Assembly: GCF_044704955.1 (NCBI RefSeq)
Contig: NC_091991.1
Coordinates: forward strand, 141,484,001-141,548,000
Reading direction: 5' to 3'
Origin: Pristiophorus japonicus
Taxonomy: Eukaryota
Length of the DNA: 64,000 nt
The position numbers and the translations under genes are program-made. This document shows positions 47,435-60,770 of this stretch, piece by piece. The notes under the pieces are model-generated. The model saw only the letters and a list, made by a program, of their open reading frames with translations, ran no database searches and was not told where the DNA came from. Every line of letters begins with the position of its first letter. Position 1 is the stretch's first letter.

Positions 47435-49974
47435 CGGAATTGAATGTTGGTCGGAGTATAAACCAGGGGGCTTGTAAAAAGGGAACAACAATAATCATGG
47501 GTGATTTTAATCTCCATATTGATTGGACAAATCAAATTGAACAGGGTAGCCTTGAGGAAGAGTTCATAGAGTGCATAAGGGACAGGCTCCTTCAGCAATA
47601 TGTAATGGAACCAACCAGGGAGCAGGCTCCCTTAGATCTGGTCCTGTGTAATGAGACAGGATTAATAAACAATCTCCTAGTAAAAGGATCCCCTTGGAAT
47701 GAGTGATCATAGCATGGTTGAATTTCAAATTCAGATGACGGGTGAGAAAGTTGGATCTCAAACAAGTGCACTAAGCTTAAATAAAGGAGACTACAAAAGT
47801 ATGAGGGCAGAGTTGGCTAAAGTGGACTGGGAAAATAGATTAAAGTGTAGGATGGTTCATGAACAGTGGCGTACATTTAAGGAGATATTTCACAACTCTC
47901 AAGAAAAATATATTCCAGTGAGGAGGAAAGGGTGTAAAAGCAAAGATAGCCATCTGTGGCTAACTAAAGAAATAAAGGATGGTATCCAATTAAAAACAAG
48001 GACATACAAAGTGGCCAAAACTAGTGGGAGGACAGAAGATTGGGAAGCTTTTAAAAGCCAGCAAAGAATGACTAAAAAAATTATTAAGAAAGGGAAGATT
48101 GACTATGAAAGGAATATAAAAACAGATAGCAAGAGTTTCTATAAGTATATAAAAAGGAAAAAAAAAAAAAAAAAAGAGTGGCAAAAGTAAATGTTGGCCC
48201 CTTAGAGGACGAGACCGGAGAATTAGTAATGGGGAACATGGAGATGACAGAAACTCTGAACAAATATTTTGTATCAGTCTTTACGGTAGAGGACACTAAA
48301 AATAACCCAACAGTGGATGGGGGGGGAAGAGAAAGGAGAGGAACTTAACACAATCACAATCACTAAGGAGGTGGTACTCAGTAAGATAATAGGACTAAAG
48401 GCAGATAAATCCCCTGGACCTGATGGCTTGCATCCGAGGGTCTTGAGAAGTAGCGGCAGGGATAGTGGATGCATTGGTTGTAATTCACCAAAATTCCCTG
48501 CATTCTGGGGAGGTCCCTGCAGATTGGAAAACTGAAAATGTAACACCCCTATTTAAAAAAGGAGGCAGACAAAAAGCAGGAAACTATAGACCAGTCAGCC
48601 TAACATCTGTGGTTGGGAAAATGTTGGAGTCCATCAAAGAAGCAGTAGCAGGACATTTGGAAAAACAAAATTCAGTCAGGCAGAGTCAGCATGGACTTAT
48701 GAAAGGGATGTTATGTTTGACAAATTTGCTGCAATTCTTTGAAGATGTAACGAACAGGGTGGATAAAGGGGAACCAGTGGATGTGGTTGTACTTGGACTT
48801 CCAGAAGGCATTTGACAAGGTGCCACATAAAAGGTTACTGCACAAGATAAAAGTTCACGGGGTTGGGGGCAATATATTAGCATGGATAGAGGATTGGCTA
48901 ACTAACAGAAAACAGAGTATCGGGATAAATGGTTCATTCTTGGGTTGGCGATCAGTAATTATTGGGGTGCCGCAGGGATCAGTACTTGGACCCCAGCTAT
49001 TTACAATCTATATTAATGACTTGGAAAAAGGGACCGAGTGTAACGCAGCCAAGTTTGCTGACAATACAAAGATGGGAGGAAAAGCAGTGTGTGAGGACAC
49101 AAAAAATCTGCAAAAGGAAACAAACAGGCTAAGTGAATGGGAAAAAATTTGGCAGATGGAGTACAATGTTGGAAAGTGTGAGGTTATGCACTTTGGCAGA
49201 AAAAAAAAAATCAAGGAGCAAGTTATTATTTAATTGGAGAAAATTTGCAAAAGTGCTGCAGTACAGCGGGACCTGGGGGTCCTGGTGCATGAAACACAAA
49301 AGGTTAGTATGCAGGTACAAGTGATCAGGAAGGTCAATGGAATCTTGGCCAGTATTGCAAAGGGGATGGAGTATAAAAGCAGGGAAGTCTTACTACAGTT
49401 ACACAGGATATTGGTGAGGCCACACCTGGAATACTGCATGCAGTTTTGGTTTCCATATTTAAGAAAGGATATACTTGCTTTGGAGGCAGTTCAGAGAAGG
49501 TTCACTGGGCTGATTCCGGAGATGAGGGGATTGACTTATGAGGAATGGTTGAGTAGGTTGGGCCTCTACTCACTGGAATTCAGAAGAATGAGAGATGACC
49601 TTACCAAAACGTATAAGATTGAGGGGGCTTGACAAGATGGATACAGAGAGGATGTTTTCACTGATAGGGGAGACTAGAACTAGGGGGCATAATCTTAGAA
49701 TAAGGGGACGGCCATTTAAAACTGAGATGAGGAGAAATTCTTCTGAGGGTTGTAAATCTGTGGAACTCGCTGCCATCAGAGAGCTGTGGAAGCTGGGTCA
49801 TTGAATAAATTTAAGACAGAGATAGACAGTTTCTGAACCGATAAGGGAATAAGGGGTTATGGGGAGCGAGCGGGGAAGTGGACCCGAGTCCATGATCAGA
49901 TCAGCCATGATCGTATTAAATGGCGGAGCATGCTCGAGGGGCCGGATGGCCTACTCCTGGCTCCTATTTCTTAT
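47435..49974 (+). mobile_element. 5'-truncated CR1 ORF2 (APE end + RT) with 3' UTR
   Basis: GDFNLHIDW, SDH, NYRPVSLTS, GVPQGSVLGP and KFADN motifs. Many frameshifts. Confidence 0.93.
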
Positions 49975-51324
49975 TAAACTGGGCCAGACAGATACCCAAA
50001 AAACTCCCCATTGAAGAATGAGGTGAGTTGTCTGGGACAGAAATGTCAATTAAAAACCATGCAACTAAAGTAGAATTTGACCTACAGTCGCTGTAAATCA
50101 GTGGCTCTCATAATACATTGGGCGATACATGGTGCAACAATCCACTGGTATAAAACAGCATATCCTCCGACTTACTATAAGCAATGCCATGGGCGATCTG
50201 CTCATTCCATATTGTACAATGAATACTACACTATGAAATTACCAGGCTAATTTAGGATGCTTCTAAACCCACAAAATAAATTCTAGCCATTCCAGTCAGT
50301 TAACCCCAAGATTGAAGTACAGCCTCCAACTCTGCAGGGACATGTATACTCATGTCATACAATCCATTCATTTCTGATCTTTAACAAAAAACATTTTTTT
50401 TTTTAAAAAGTAACACACCACCATTGGTATGTGCATCACTGGAGATTAAGCAGATTAATGAAAATGGAAGCAGTGCTGCAAGGGTGTTCACAAAAATTTC
50501 CAACAGCAGCTGGAATATCCATAAAACACCACCATTTCCATCACGTGCAAATAGAGGGCGTTTTTAAAAAGATGAGAAACAGCTAATGGGGAATTGCGGA
50601 TAGTTGGGGTGAATTCTCCACTTCGATGCCATCCCACATTCCATTTAAACAAACAAAGCAACCCGCATATTTCTACAGATGATTCGCCAACCACCTATGT
50701 AGAATGTATGCACACTTATTTTCATCTATAAATAATTTAATGTTTGGCTCTTTATTAAGATTACTCGATCACATATGAGGAAGCTCTTGATTATGAGCAA
50801 CAATAAACTGTGATTTAAAATTCAATAGAACATCTGACTTTCAAGGTAAAAAATTGTAAATTCGTGAGCTAGAATTCACAGAAGATTTTTGCTAGATACA
50901 ATTCTCAGAAATACAGACCAGATAACCTCTCATCGACATGAACATGAGATTTAAACGGGAAAGGATTTTAATCATGTCCAATGATCAGATTCCCGGATTT
51001 GCAAGTTTGACAGTCTTCAAAACAATGTCTGAAATTATAATGAAAATCCCAAATACAATCAAGTGACTGTTTACAGTTAACTGCAAAAAGTAAAAAGGGG
51101 GAGATGGTGCAATATTACAAGTAGAATTCATTTGTTCCACAGTAGATGCCTCTTGTAATACATCACTGAATGCCGAATACTGGGTTATAGCCACAATTGT
51201 TCATGTGGTCAGTTACCAATCTCAGTTTTAACTTTCTGGAGCAGCACTTCTCTAATAGGCAAGGAGCGATAATTGATGGGGAAGTCTTGGGTATTGCTCA
51301 CTTAACTCCAAGTAACCAGTCTTA

Positions 51325-52517
51325 GGGCCCAAGTTTCCACATGATTTACGCCTGATTTTTAGGAGCAACTGGTGGAGAACGGACTATCTTAGAAATCACA
51401 ATTGTCCACATTTTTTTTTCTGCAGTTCTAGTCAGGTAGAACAGTTCTACTTTGGAACAGAATTTTTTCTTCAAAAGGGGGCGTGTCCGGCCACTGACGC
51501 CCGATTTCAAAGTTTCCACAGTGAAAACGTACTCCAAACTAAGTTAGAATGGAGCAAGAGAAGATTTTTGTAGAACTGAAAAAACCTGTTCTACACATTA
51601 AAAAATCAGGCGCAGGTTACAAATTAGGCATCCAGAACGAGGTGGGGGGGGGGGGGAAGGGAAGTCATTAAATTCTACAATAAATCCTTATTTATACTTC
51701 TACAAATATTATACAAATAAATCCAACCTGAATAAAAATTTATAAGCAAAGAAAAGATTAAATAAACCATCTTCCTACCTGTGTGAAAGTGCTTCAGCCA
51801 GCCTCAAGTTCGTTCGTTCCCGACGGCGGGGAGGGGGGGGGGGGGGGAGGAGGAAGCCGTTCCCGACGGCGGGCGGGCGGGAGGGAGTGAGTGCGGGACC
51901 GACCAACCGCCTGCCCGCAGCGGGGGGGGGGGGGGGGGGAGGAAGCCGTTGCAGACGGCGGGCGGGAGGGAGGGAGTGCGGGCCCGACCGACCGCCCGCC
52001 CGCAGTGGGAGGGGGGTGGGAGGAAGACGTACCAGACGGCGGGCAGGCGGAAGTGCGGGCCCGATCGACCGAACGCAGCGGGGGGGGGGGGGGGGGGGGG
52101 GGAGGAAGCCGTTCCAGACGGCGGGCGGGAAGGAGACAGTGAGAAGGCTGTAGGAAGCTTCAGTGCTGATGGCAATGTGCTTTTATTAAAAAACGTTCAA
52201 AAATTTAACAGCTACAAAGAACTACAAAAATGGCCGAGTGCCAATGTTTCCTTCACACTGCGCGTGCGCGAACGCTCCAACGCGCACGCGCAGGGTTGCC
52301 GGCAGGAAAAAAACTAATTTAAATGGTACCCGCCCCCTCCCACTTACAAAATCGGCGCAAGTGTAGGCTCCGCCCCCCTGGGCGCCGTGCCAAACAGACA
52401 AGGAGCTGCAGGGCTCTCCAGAATCGCGAGTTTTTTTTCCGGCGCCATTTTAGGCACGAAAAACAGGCGCCCAGCTCGGAGGGGCGCCCGTTTTTTATCG
52501 TGTGGAAACTTGGGCCC
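51325..52517 (+). mobile_element. Family A TIR element with an internal G-rich minisatellite
   Basis: Perfect 17-bp TIR gggcccaagtttccaca / tgtggaaacttgggccc. Flanks tta/ata. Left arm nearly identical to that of 37723. Confidence 0.9.
51820..52130. repeat. G-rich tandem repeat (about 85-bp unit, 3-4 copies)
   Basis: Repeated ggaggaagccgtt..gacggcgggc..gtgcggg..cgacc..gcagcg(G)n. Confidence 0.85.
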
Positions 52518-53429
52518 ATAAAGTGGAGACCAGGAGCAGATTTTATGTCCAACCACTCAACTGGGAATGGCAAGTAGTGCAGATTGGGTCCCTTAATGAA
52601 ATAACCCAGCGGCTAGCTAATTGTTCTTTTTACTAAATGATTTATATTAGAGACCCTATAGAATAAATGGGAATGGTTGACTCAAAATGCTCCCTTCAAA
52701 AACTCACTGCCACTAATAAAGTGCCCTTTTTGGTTTGAATATTAAAACTTAGTACTACTATACTTATGAACCCAATAAATAACTACAGATCAATCAACAG
52801 TACCTTGATTCACTTGACCATCTTGAACCAAATAAACCGATAAATCAAGAAAAATAGAAGAAAGATTTTAAAGAAACAAAACATTTTTACTCCATTTACC
52901 GTTGGAGGCAGAAATAAATTTCACAGAAGAGGCTGAAGATGAAAGTGATCCAACTGTTTTTTTTCAAACCAATCACACAAATGTGGACTGAAATTCCCTC
53001 ACTGTCCTTAAAATCCAGGAATCATAGCAATGTAAATGCAATATTAGTCTTGGTGAATGACATCAACAAAAACTGTATTAACACAAAAAAAAGTCACAGC
53101 AAACCAAATCACTACAATTAGACAGTCGTTTAAAGATGTGTAAACAATCTTAAATGTGGATCAAACATACAAGTGGTCAAAACCTTTGGACTGGCTAATC
53201 ATATACAGGTATAAACATAAAAATGCTATCACTGCTTGGGTTTAAATATGTGCAGAGGTTAAACATGGAGAAAGTTACTTACAGAAAAACAGTGACACTA
53301 TGTTTGTCTCGCTGTAAGTACCTTAGGCATCCCTATGATGCAAAAATCTCCTGTGCCAGAGTGGTGGAACATAAAGTGGTACTTGGAATTTTCCACTTCG
53401 TCTAATCAGACAACAGATTTATATTTCCA

Positions 53430-53780
53430 ATGGAGCTTTATTAGAGATTTTTTAAATTATGAAAGATTTTGAAAGAGTATATAGGGAAAAGTATTTCCCC
53501 TGGTTGAGGAGTCAGTGACTAGGGGTCATCAATTTAAAATTGTCACAGTGAGTGATAAGACCTTCTTTATACTACAGTATGGAATGCTGTGCCATGGTGA
53601 AATGTTGAGACAGAGGCCATTGCATCTTTTAATGGAAAAATGCATAAACATTGGATGCAAAGCAAAATACAAGGCGATGGAAAAAGGAGGGCAGTGTGTT
53701 TGGTCTTGAATTGCTCCTACAAAGACCCAGCGTAGACACAATGCACGAAATGGTCTTGCCTTCTGTGTTCTAAACTTCTA
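53430..53780 (+). mobile_element. Old CR1 3' fragment
   Basis: TRGHQFKIV motif and degenerate 3' UTR. Confidence 0.55.
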
Positions 53781-55274
53781 TGACTCTTCTATCTTCTATG
53801 TTGGAAAGGTAACATATGTATTCTCCCAGCTGGGGGAACTTAGTAAGTTTCAAGTGTATATTGTGATGAACTGAGTGCATTTTGGGTGGAAATGAATGAA
53901 TGAGCACATTGATTGTGTGCATGCATGTCTCATGTTCAGGCACATGTGGCAATCATTTGTTTAAACATGATCGTGTTTCTGAAACAAGTTATTTATCCTA
54001 CAATTCCTGTTAATTTTTGTTGTTCTTGTATATCTTAACCTTTAGATTGCTGACAAATCTGGAGAAATTCCAATTTTACCAGACTGACTGGTCTTGTTTG
54101 TTTTCTACTCACAAACTGTGCCTTCAAGAATGAATTTCACATCTACAATAAGCAAATGTATAAATGTAAGAGTTGACCACTTGTTGTTGAACACAGAAAA
54201 TGTTCCTTCATCAATTATCATGGAAAGCTATTGGCAAAATAGTTTTAAAGAATATCAAATATCAGGATAACAGCTCAATTTTGCCAATGTCCATTTTCTT
54301 AAGAGTTTGCTTAATAAGCTACAATGACAATTTGACTAAAAGTCTAAGGCAGGTTGTACTCTGTTAATGTATTAATCAATTTTATATGTCCATTACTTAA
54401 GTATTATTGCAGAAATTTGGTTAGTGCTCAAGCAAATTATTTGATTAAAAGATGATTAAAATGGTAAGAAATTACAGATGTGCCGTTTGCCAAACAGAAT
54501 GGAATAGAACTGTATGACCTTCAATGCATGCACCTGCAAATATTATACAATCCTTACTGTAGCATGTACTCTGTACCAAATCATGTCCAGAGAAAGCATG
54601 TAAGCCTCTGTAGAAAATGTAAAAAAGAAATTGGCTTCATAGCTTTATGGCTTTTCAAATCAAATACTTCACTGTACCCAGCCTCCTACATTGTACGCAT
54701 TCTATTCAGGAACAGAATCACCTATACTTCATTCTTTAACTATGACATTGGAACATAGGCAAAGTAGACATTTTGAGCCATGTACGAAGCAACCTTGGAT
54801 ATGGGGACAATTCTTAAGGGAGGAATAATAAAACATAAAACAAGTTTCTTTATTAACTTATCTTTCAAGAGCTTTACTTGTAACACAATAGTCAAGATAT
54901 TTGCTTCAAAATCCTCCTGAAGTCCCAGGCTTATGTGGCATTCAAGTTCATCCATACAACTGCAATTCACACTTCTGTATACAATAAGCTCATAACAGCA
55001 AAGGTATTTGCCCTAGCTCATGACTGCAATGTTTTCCCCCCCATGATAGCAGGCCAAAACATGCTAGGTAATGTCATCTATCTATATGTGTCATGCTTCT
55101 CATCACCTTACTATGCAATAGAATTAATATTCAAATCATGTCTGTGATGGTGACTTCTTAGCAAAGTTTAAATTCACTCAAAATATTGTTGAACTCTGAG
55201 CTTATTTTGGTCTTAACTGAATTAGATCCTATGTAATGTGCCGTATATCCTAGGTAATGGCTTCCGAAAAGACA

Positions 55275-56415
55275 TTACATAGGATATACGGCACAGAAAC
55301 AGGCCATCCGGCCTAACTAGTCCATGCCGGCATTTATGCTCCACTCGAGTCTCCTCCAGTCTTTCGTCATCTAAATCTATCAGCATAACCCTCTATTCCC
55401 TTCTCCCTCATATGCTTGTCTAGCCACTCCCTATATACTATTCGCTTCAACTACTCCGTGGTAGCGAATTCCACATTCTCAATTGACTTTGGGTGAAGAA
55501 TTTTCTTCTGAATTCCCTATTGGGTTTCTTGGTGACTATCTTATATTGAAGGCCTCTAGTTATGCTCTTCCCTACAAGTTGGGCCGAAAATTCTGTACGA
55601 AGTGTGCACGGATCCGGCGAGGCCTCGCAAAAGATTTCTCTGCATCCCCGGGAGAAGGACATTCGCGCAGATGAGGTTGGGCAATATTTGCCCAACTCAT
55701 GCCCAGCGAATGTCCTTCAAACTTTTCCGCCTGGTAAAAGCAGATGCATAGCTTGCTTTTACCAGCGTAAGAGTTTTAAAACATAAAAATTAAATTTAAT
55801 CATTCATTTTTATGTTTAAAAACTCTGTGCATTAAGGCAAGTTTATTTTTAACCCTATTAAAACACATAGAAAAAATTTTCCAAAAAATATATATTTTTC
55901 CTCAAACATTTAATTTCAATTCATTTTAAATATGAGGTGTTTTTAAAAAAAAATTATTATGCTGTGTTTTGTGTTTTAGGAGGGTTTTCTCAGTGATAGT
56001 AATGAGTCCGTACAAACAGAGATCCCATTTTCATCAATGAGAATACTACCTAGTGATTGGTGGTCCAGGCCCATGTGACTCCAGCATTTCCATACGTACG
56101 GAGAAGTCATCTCCCCTGCACGCTGCGCATCAAATGAAGGCCTCTCAGAGGTGCCTCCGGGACCACCAGGTATTTTCGGGTCGGAGGCGTTCGTCCGAAG
56201 GAAGCCTCCGACTGCAATTTTACCCCCATTCTCTCTGTATCCACGCTATCAAAACCTTTCATAATTTTAAAGACCTCTATTAGGTCACCCCTCAGCCTTC
56301 TTTTTTCAAGAGAAAAGAGATCCAGCCTGTTCACCTTTTCCTTAATATGTGTATCCTCACATTTCTGGTATCATCCTTGTAAATCTTCTCTGCATCCTCT
56401 CCAATGCCGCTATAT
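55275..56415 (-). mobile_element. CR1 3' fragment split by a family B element
   Basis: NRLDLFSLEKRRLRGDLIEVFKIM and ITRGLQYKIVTK. 3' UTR matches 21810-22008. Confidence 0.8.
55581..56227 (+). mobile_element. Family B TIR element
   Basis: gggccgaaaatt ... aattttaccccc. Collinear with 9528-10223. Confidence 0.75.
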
Positions 56416-59397
56416 TTACACTGTGATGCTCTGCATTAAACCAACCAACCAAACAAACAACAAGATGAACACCCCCTCCCCTTACCAAAAGGTGTGGGGA
56501 AGAAAAAGTAAAAATTTCACTGAGAAACTACACGATCATTTGCTTGCTAACTTCACTATAGAAGACTAACTAGAAGCAGGATACCAAAACAGGGAAGAGG
56601 GTGGGAGAAGAAAGTACATGCAACTCTATGGAAAGGTTTTTAAGAACATTTTGTTCCCATGTACACAAAGTATCTTACTCCAGTGTAGATTAGCAATTCT
56701 TTCCTGCACTGGTGAAATGACCAGTATATGCAATTTAAATCAGTGCACTTCAAAATCTACTCCAAGTTTAAAAGCACCACTTCTAGGATTGTTTGCACTG
56801 AGCTTTGAAGTTTAGTTTGATTTAGTGAGGCTTAATAAAGAACCTTACAATGATCAGTGTTCGAGGTATAGGGGCTAGTGAAAGATTGTGGGTTTAAGTC
56901 CCACTAGAATTTTGGGTTTTATAAGAATATTCAAATGTAAAGGGAGAGTACAAAAAGTGGGATTGAATTAGGTGACTCACGTGGAGGAAATCACTGGCAC
57001 ACATTTGATACGCCAAATGAACTGTTTCTATGCTAAAACATTCTATGAAAAATCATAATCGCCCTGTATATTTGGAATTTAAGTGAAGAAAGAAAATCAA
57101 CTTCAAGTATTGAGTGGAGTTATTATTAAAACATACAAGACTGCTCCAATAAACATGCTTTCTTCACAAGATATGTTAGTTAGATTCTGTTAATACATTT
57201 CTTCTGCAGGCATGTGCGCTTTCAGCAACTGGGACAAGATTTTATTAGCATACTCTGTCCTAGCATTAGTGCACATTAATGTCGTTGCAAAGAAAGGAGG
57301 AAAAAGCATAATTTATAATTCAATAAATTTAAATCCCTTTAAAGAACCACAGAAGATTTGTTAAACTAAAGCTTGCACCTAACCTAATGTACACGCTTCA
57401 TTTTGACATTGATGACATCAATTTACTGATGATGTTGGTGCTAAATTGTCCAGTACATGTAAAACCACGACGTTAGCTGATCTAGTTTACAGTTAAGAAT
57501 CTTCTGGGATAATTTCTGCAGTACTTTAAAGATGAATTTAGCCAAAGTATTTTAAAGAGTTTACATCATTGAAGGAGGATGCAAGTATATCAATATATAC
57601 ATATTACTATTACTGTGGACACTTCCTGATGTCTTCTTTCTCTGTCACAACTTGTAACCCTTGATAAGGCCTGAAGCAATGCCTGGTTAGATTTCTCTTA
57701 ATGGGCAATGTTGTAGTGCCTGCTACAATAACCCATTATACAGGTACTTACCGTTTAGTCCTCCCAGCACTGGTGACACTGTGCACACGTCACTCAGGTC
57801 CTCCACTATTTTCTTAGTTTCGCTGCGCCACCACCTCTCTTTACTGGAAGCCCCGAGCACCCCTCAGTATCTTTCCTCACTCCAACCAAGTTCAAGGTAT
57901 TTTATTTTAAAACAGAGACTCTAAATTACTTTAATACATTTGCTGACAATGACAAAAAGATAAATATATAACATCCACTCAGTCTCAGATCTCCTTTTCT
58001 GACCCTGCAGTCCTCTCTTCTGCTCTAGGCCTTCCTCTCGTCCAACCTATTCTTCTTCAATCAACACATTCGGCTGCTCCTAATCAGTTCTGCAATCTTT
58101 ACCTGCCTTTCCAACCTTTTCTTGCCCAGTTCCAACAACCCCTCCCTGCAGATTCCAACTCACCTTCTCCTGCTGCTCCTATCCTGCTCTTCAGCTCCCG
58201 TGGTGTATACACCCCTAATGTCTCCACAACCACTCTTGGTCTTTCCATCCATCATCCCTGGCCCTTCCCCTGCATCCCTCCAGTGTCCATGGCCTTTCTC
58301 GCTCTCCGCTCTGGTCCTTTCCTGGTCCCGACTGTTCTCCAGCTGCCACTCTTTTCTCCCAGCCCAGCTTGGCTGCACCAGCCATTTAAAAAAAAATTCT
58401 GCTCCATTCTGTTTTCAGGTCTACTTCCTGCTGGAATTCAGCTATTCCAGCCTGTCCATCCTGGGACAACAAAAAAAATGCAACAGCAGGAGAAAAAATC
58501 AGCTAGAGTAGGCAGAAATAAGTCAATGCCAGGCAGAATGAGACAGATAATTCCAAAAACAGACAAGGGGGATCTATGGGACACAGAAACACGGGTCAAG
58601 AAAAGACATGAACTTAAAGATCAAAGGAGACAAAAATCAGAAAAGCTTCAGTGATGTAGAAAGACAAAGATCATAGATAGAGCTGACATCAGAGATATGT
58701 GAAAGAGGGAGACAATGACAGATAGCCAGCAATGCCTCTGACAGATCAGATCAAATAGCTATACATGAACATGTTTTAAGAACCCCAATCTTTTCATTGT
58801 CATTAGTATATTTGTCTTGCCGGAAAAGTAGAAATGCTTGCAGTAGTGTACATTAAATTACTTTCAGTGCAAAAATGATGGCGAGGATAACCAGCAGGGG
58901 AAAAAATTGGCCCTGGTCACTTATGCCACCAACCCCTACAAGTTAGCAAACTGATGTATCCTACCCAAGGCAAGCTAATCGCTTGGTAATTAAGCATCAG
59001 CAATTTTTTAAAAATAGTCTCCAATTTTCCAGAAAAATGTTCCCTCTCTTTAGATCCCCAAGGCACACATCTTCCCAAAACAGGTATGCAAGTAAAAATT
59101 CCTAGCCTCATGCTATTCTTGAACCTCAGAACAGCAGACAGCCTGCAGAATTTCATACAAAGTTTCCCCTATTCTTACTTCAAGATCACCTTAAAACAGT
59201 TCAATAAGACATATCCTTTCTTCAAATAAAGTGGTCCTCCATCTGATCAAAAAGTTATTATCCTCCTGCAATTTTATAAACTCTCAAAATAATTTGGCTT
59301 TAAAAATGTTAATACACTTAAGCAAACATATTGAATAATCACTGGACTGTAGGAAAGTGAGGGGAACTACCAGCCTTTTAGTTAGTGCAACACTCAC

Positions 59398-59626
59398 CTT
59401 CAGTCTCCCCACTTGTCTTGATGGCTTTTGTACTAGACTCTGTACCTTTCAGCTTTTCTGTATCATCTTCCTTGTCTTCTATCCCTTTCTCCTCCTCATC
59501 CTCTTCGCCCACATTTTTATAGTTTGGCCTTTTCTGAAGTTTCTTTTTTCCCTTGTGTCGACTAATCTCAAGAGATCGCTCCAATGTTTCTACAGGTTTT
59601 GTGAAACAGCGAATGCTTGTAGAAAC
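59398..59626 (-). CDS. CLEC16A: CLEC16A internal coding exon (Lys/Glu-rich disordered region)
   Basis: Translates to VSTSIRCFTKPVETLERSLEISRHKGKKKLQKRPNYKNVGEEDEEEK...KGTESSTKAIKTSGETE, which matches vertebrate CLEC16A. AG acceptor at 59627-59628, GTGAGT donor at 59397-59392. 229 nt, ends in phase 1. Confidence 0.95.
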
Positions 59627-59957
59627 CTATCAAAAATAAATTGATATTATGAATCAGTTTGTAAAATAAAATCAAAAAATCCTGTAAATTCTCAAATGCC
59701 AGGTAAAACAACCAGTTGTCCACAACCTGTGCATAGCAACAAAGAGACTTTTTCCACACTACTGCCATGGTTTGACATAAAATGACATTTAAATTCAAAA
59801 CTACAATTAAGTCCATAAATGACTCTTTGGTTAACAAGTTGTAGGACATCCCTGCGTCTACTGTTTAAACAAAGGTGACAACCTATTTAAAATAAATAGC
59901 TGAGCATCTAATTTTCAGGTCAGAAGATTGTCATGTGTTCTTACATGCATTTATTCA

Positions 59958-60770
59958 CAAGAACATAAAGAAATAGGAGCAGGAGTGGGCCCTAGGGCCC
60001 ATCGAGCCTGCTCAGCCATTCAATAAGATCATGGCTGATCAGGTGTCAACTCCACTTTCCCACCCGATCTCCATATCCCTTGATTTCCCTAGACTCCAAA
60101 AATCTATTTATCTCAGCCTTGAATATATTCAGAGACTCAGCATCCACAGCCCTCTGGGGCGGAGAATTCCAAAGATTCACAATCCTTTGAGTCAAGAAAT
60201 TCCTCCTTATTTCTGTTTTAAATGGCCTTCCCCTATCTTGAGACCGTGACCCCCAGTTCCAGACACTCCAGCCAAGGAAACAACCTCTCAGCATCTACCC
60301 TGTCAATCCCCTTCAGAATCTTGTATGTTTCAATGAGATCACCTCTCATTCTTCTAAACGAGAATAGAGAACCATTCAACACAATCTCTCATCATAAGAC
60401 AGCCCTCTCATCCCAGGAATCAATCGAGCAAATCTCTGCTGTACTGCCTCCATGGCAAGTATATCTTTCCTTAGACCAAAACTGTGCACAGTACTTCAGG
60501 TGTGATCTCACCAAGGCTTTGTACAATTGTAGCAAGACTTCCTTACTCTTATACCCCAATCTCCAAAGAACATGACATTTGCCTTCCGTATTTGCTTGCT
60601 GTACCTTCATGCTAGCTTTGTGTTTCTTGCACAAGAATACCCAAATCTCTCTGAGCACTAACATTTAAAAGTTTCTCATCCTTTTCTAAAAAAAGTATTT
60701 TTTTTTAAAATTCTTTCTACCAAAGTGAATAACCTCACATTTTCCCACATTATACTAAATCTGCCACATT
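59958..60770 (-). mobile_element. CR1 3' fragment
   Basis: KEVLLQLYKALVRSHLKYCAQFW and RNFLTQRIVNLWNS. aagaacataaagaaatagg tail. Confidence 0.85.

Noticed and set aside
51820-52130. Repeat-spacer-like array
   Set aside because: Units are degenerate G-rich tandem copies with no unique spacers. Eukaryotic minisatellite, not CRISPR.
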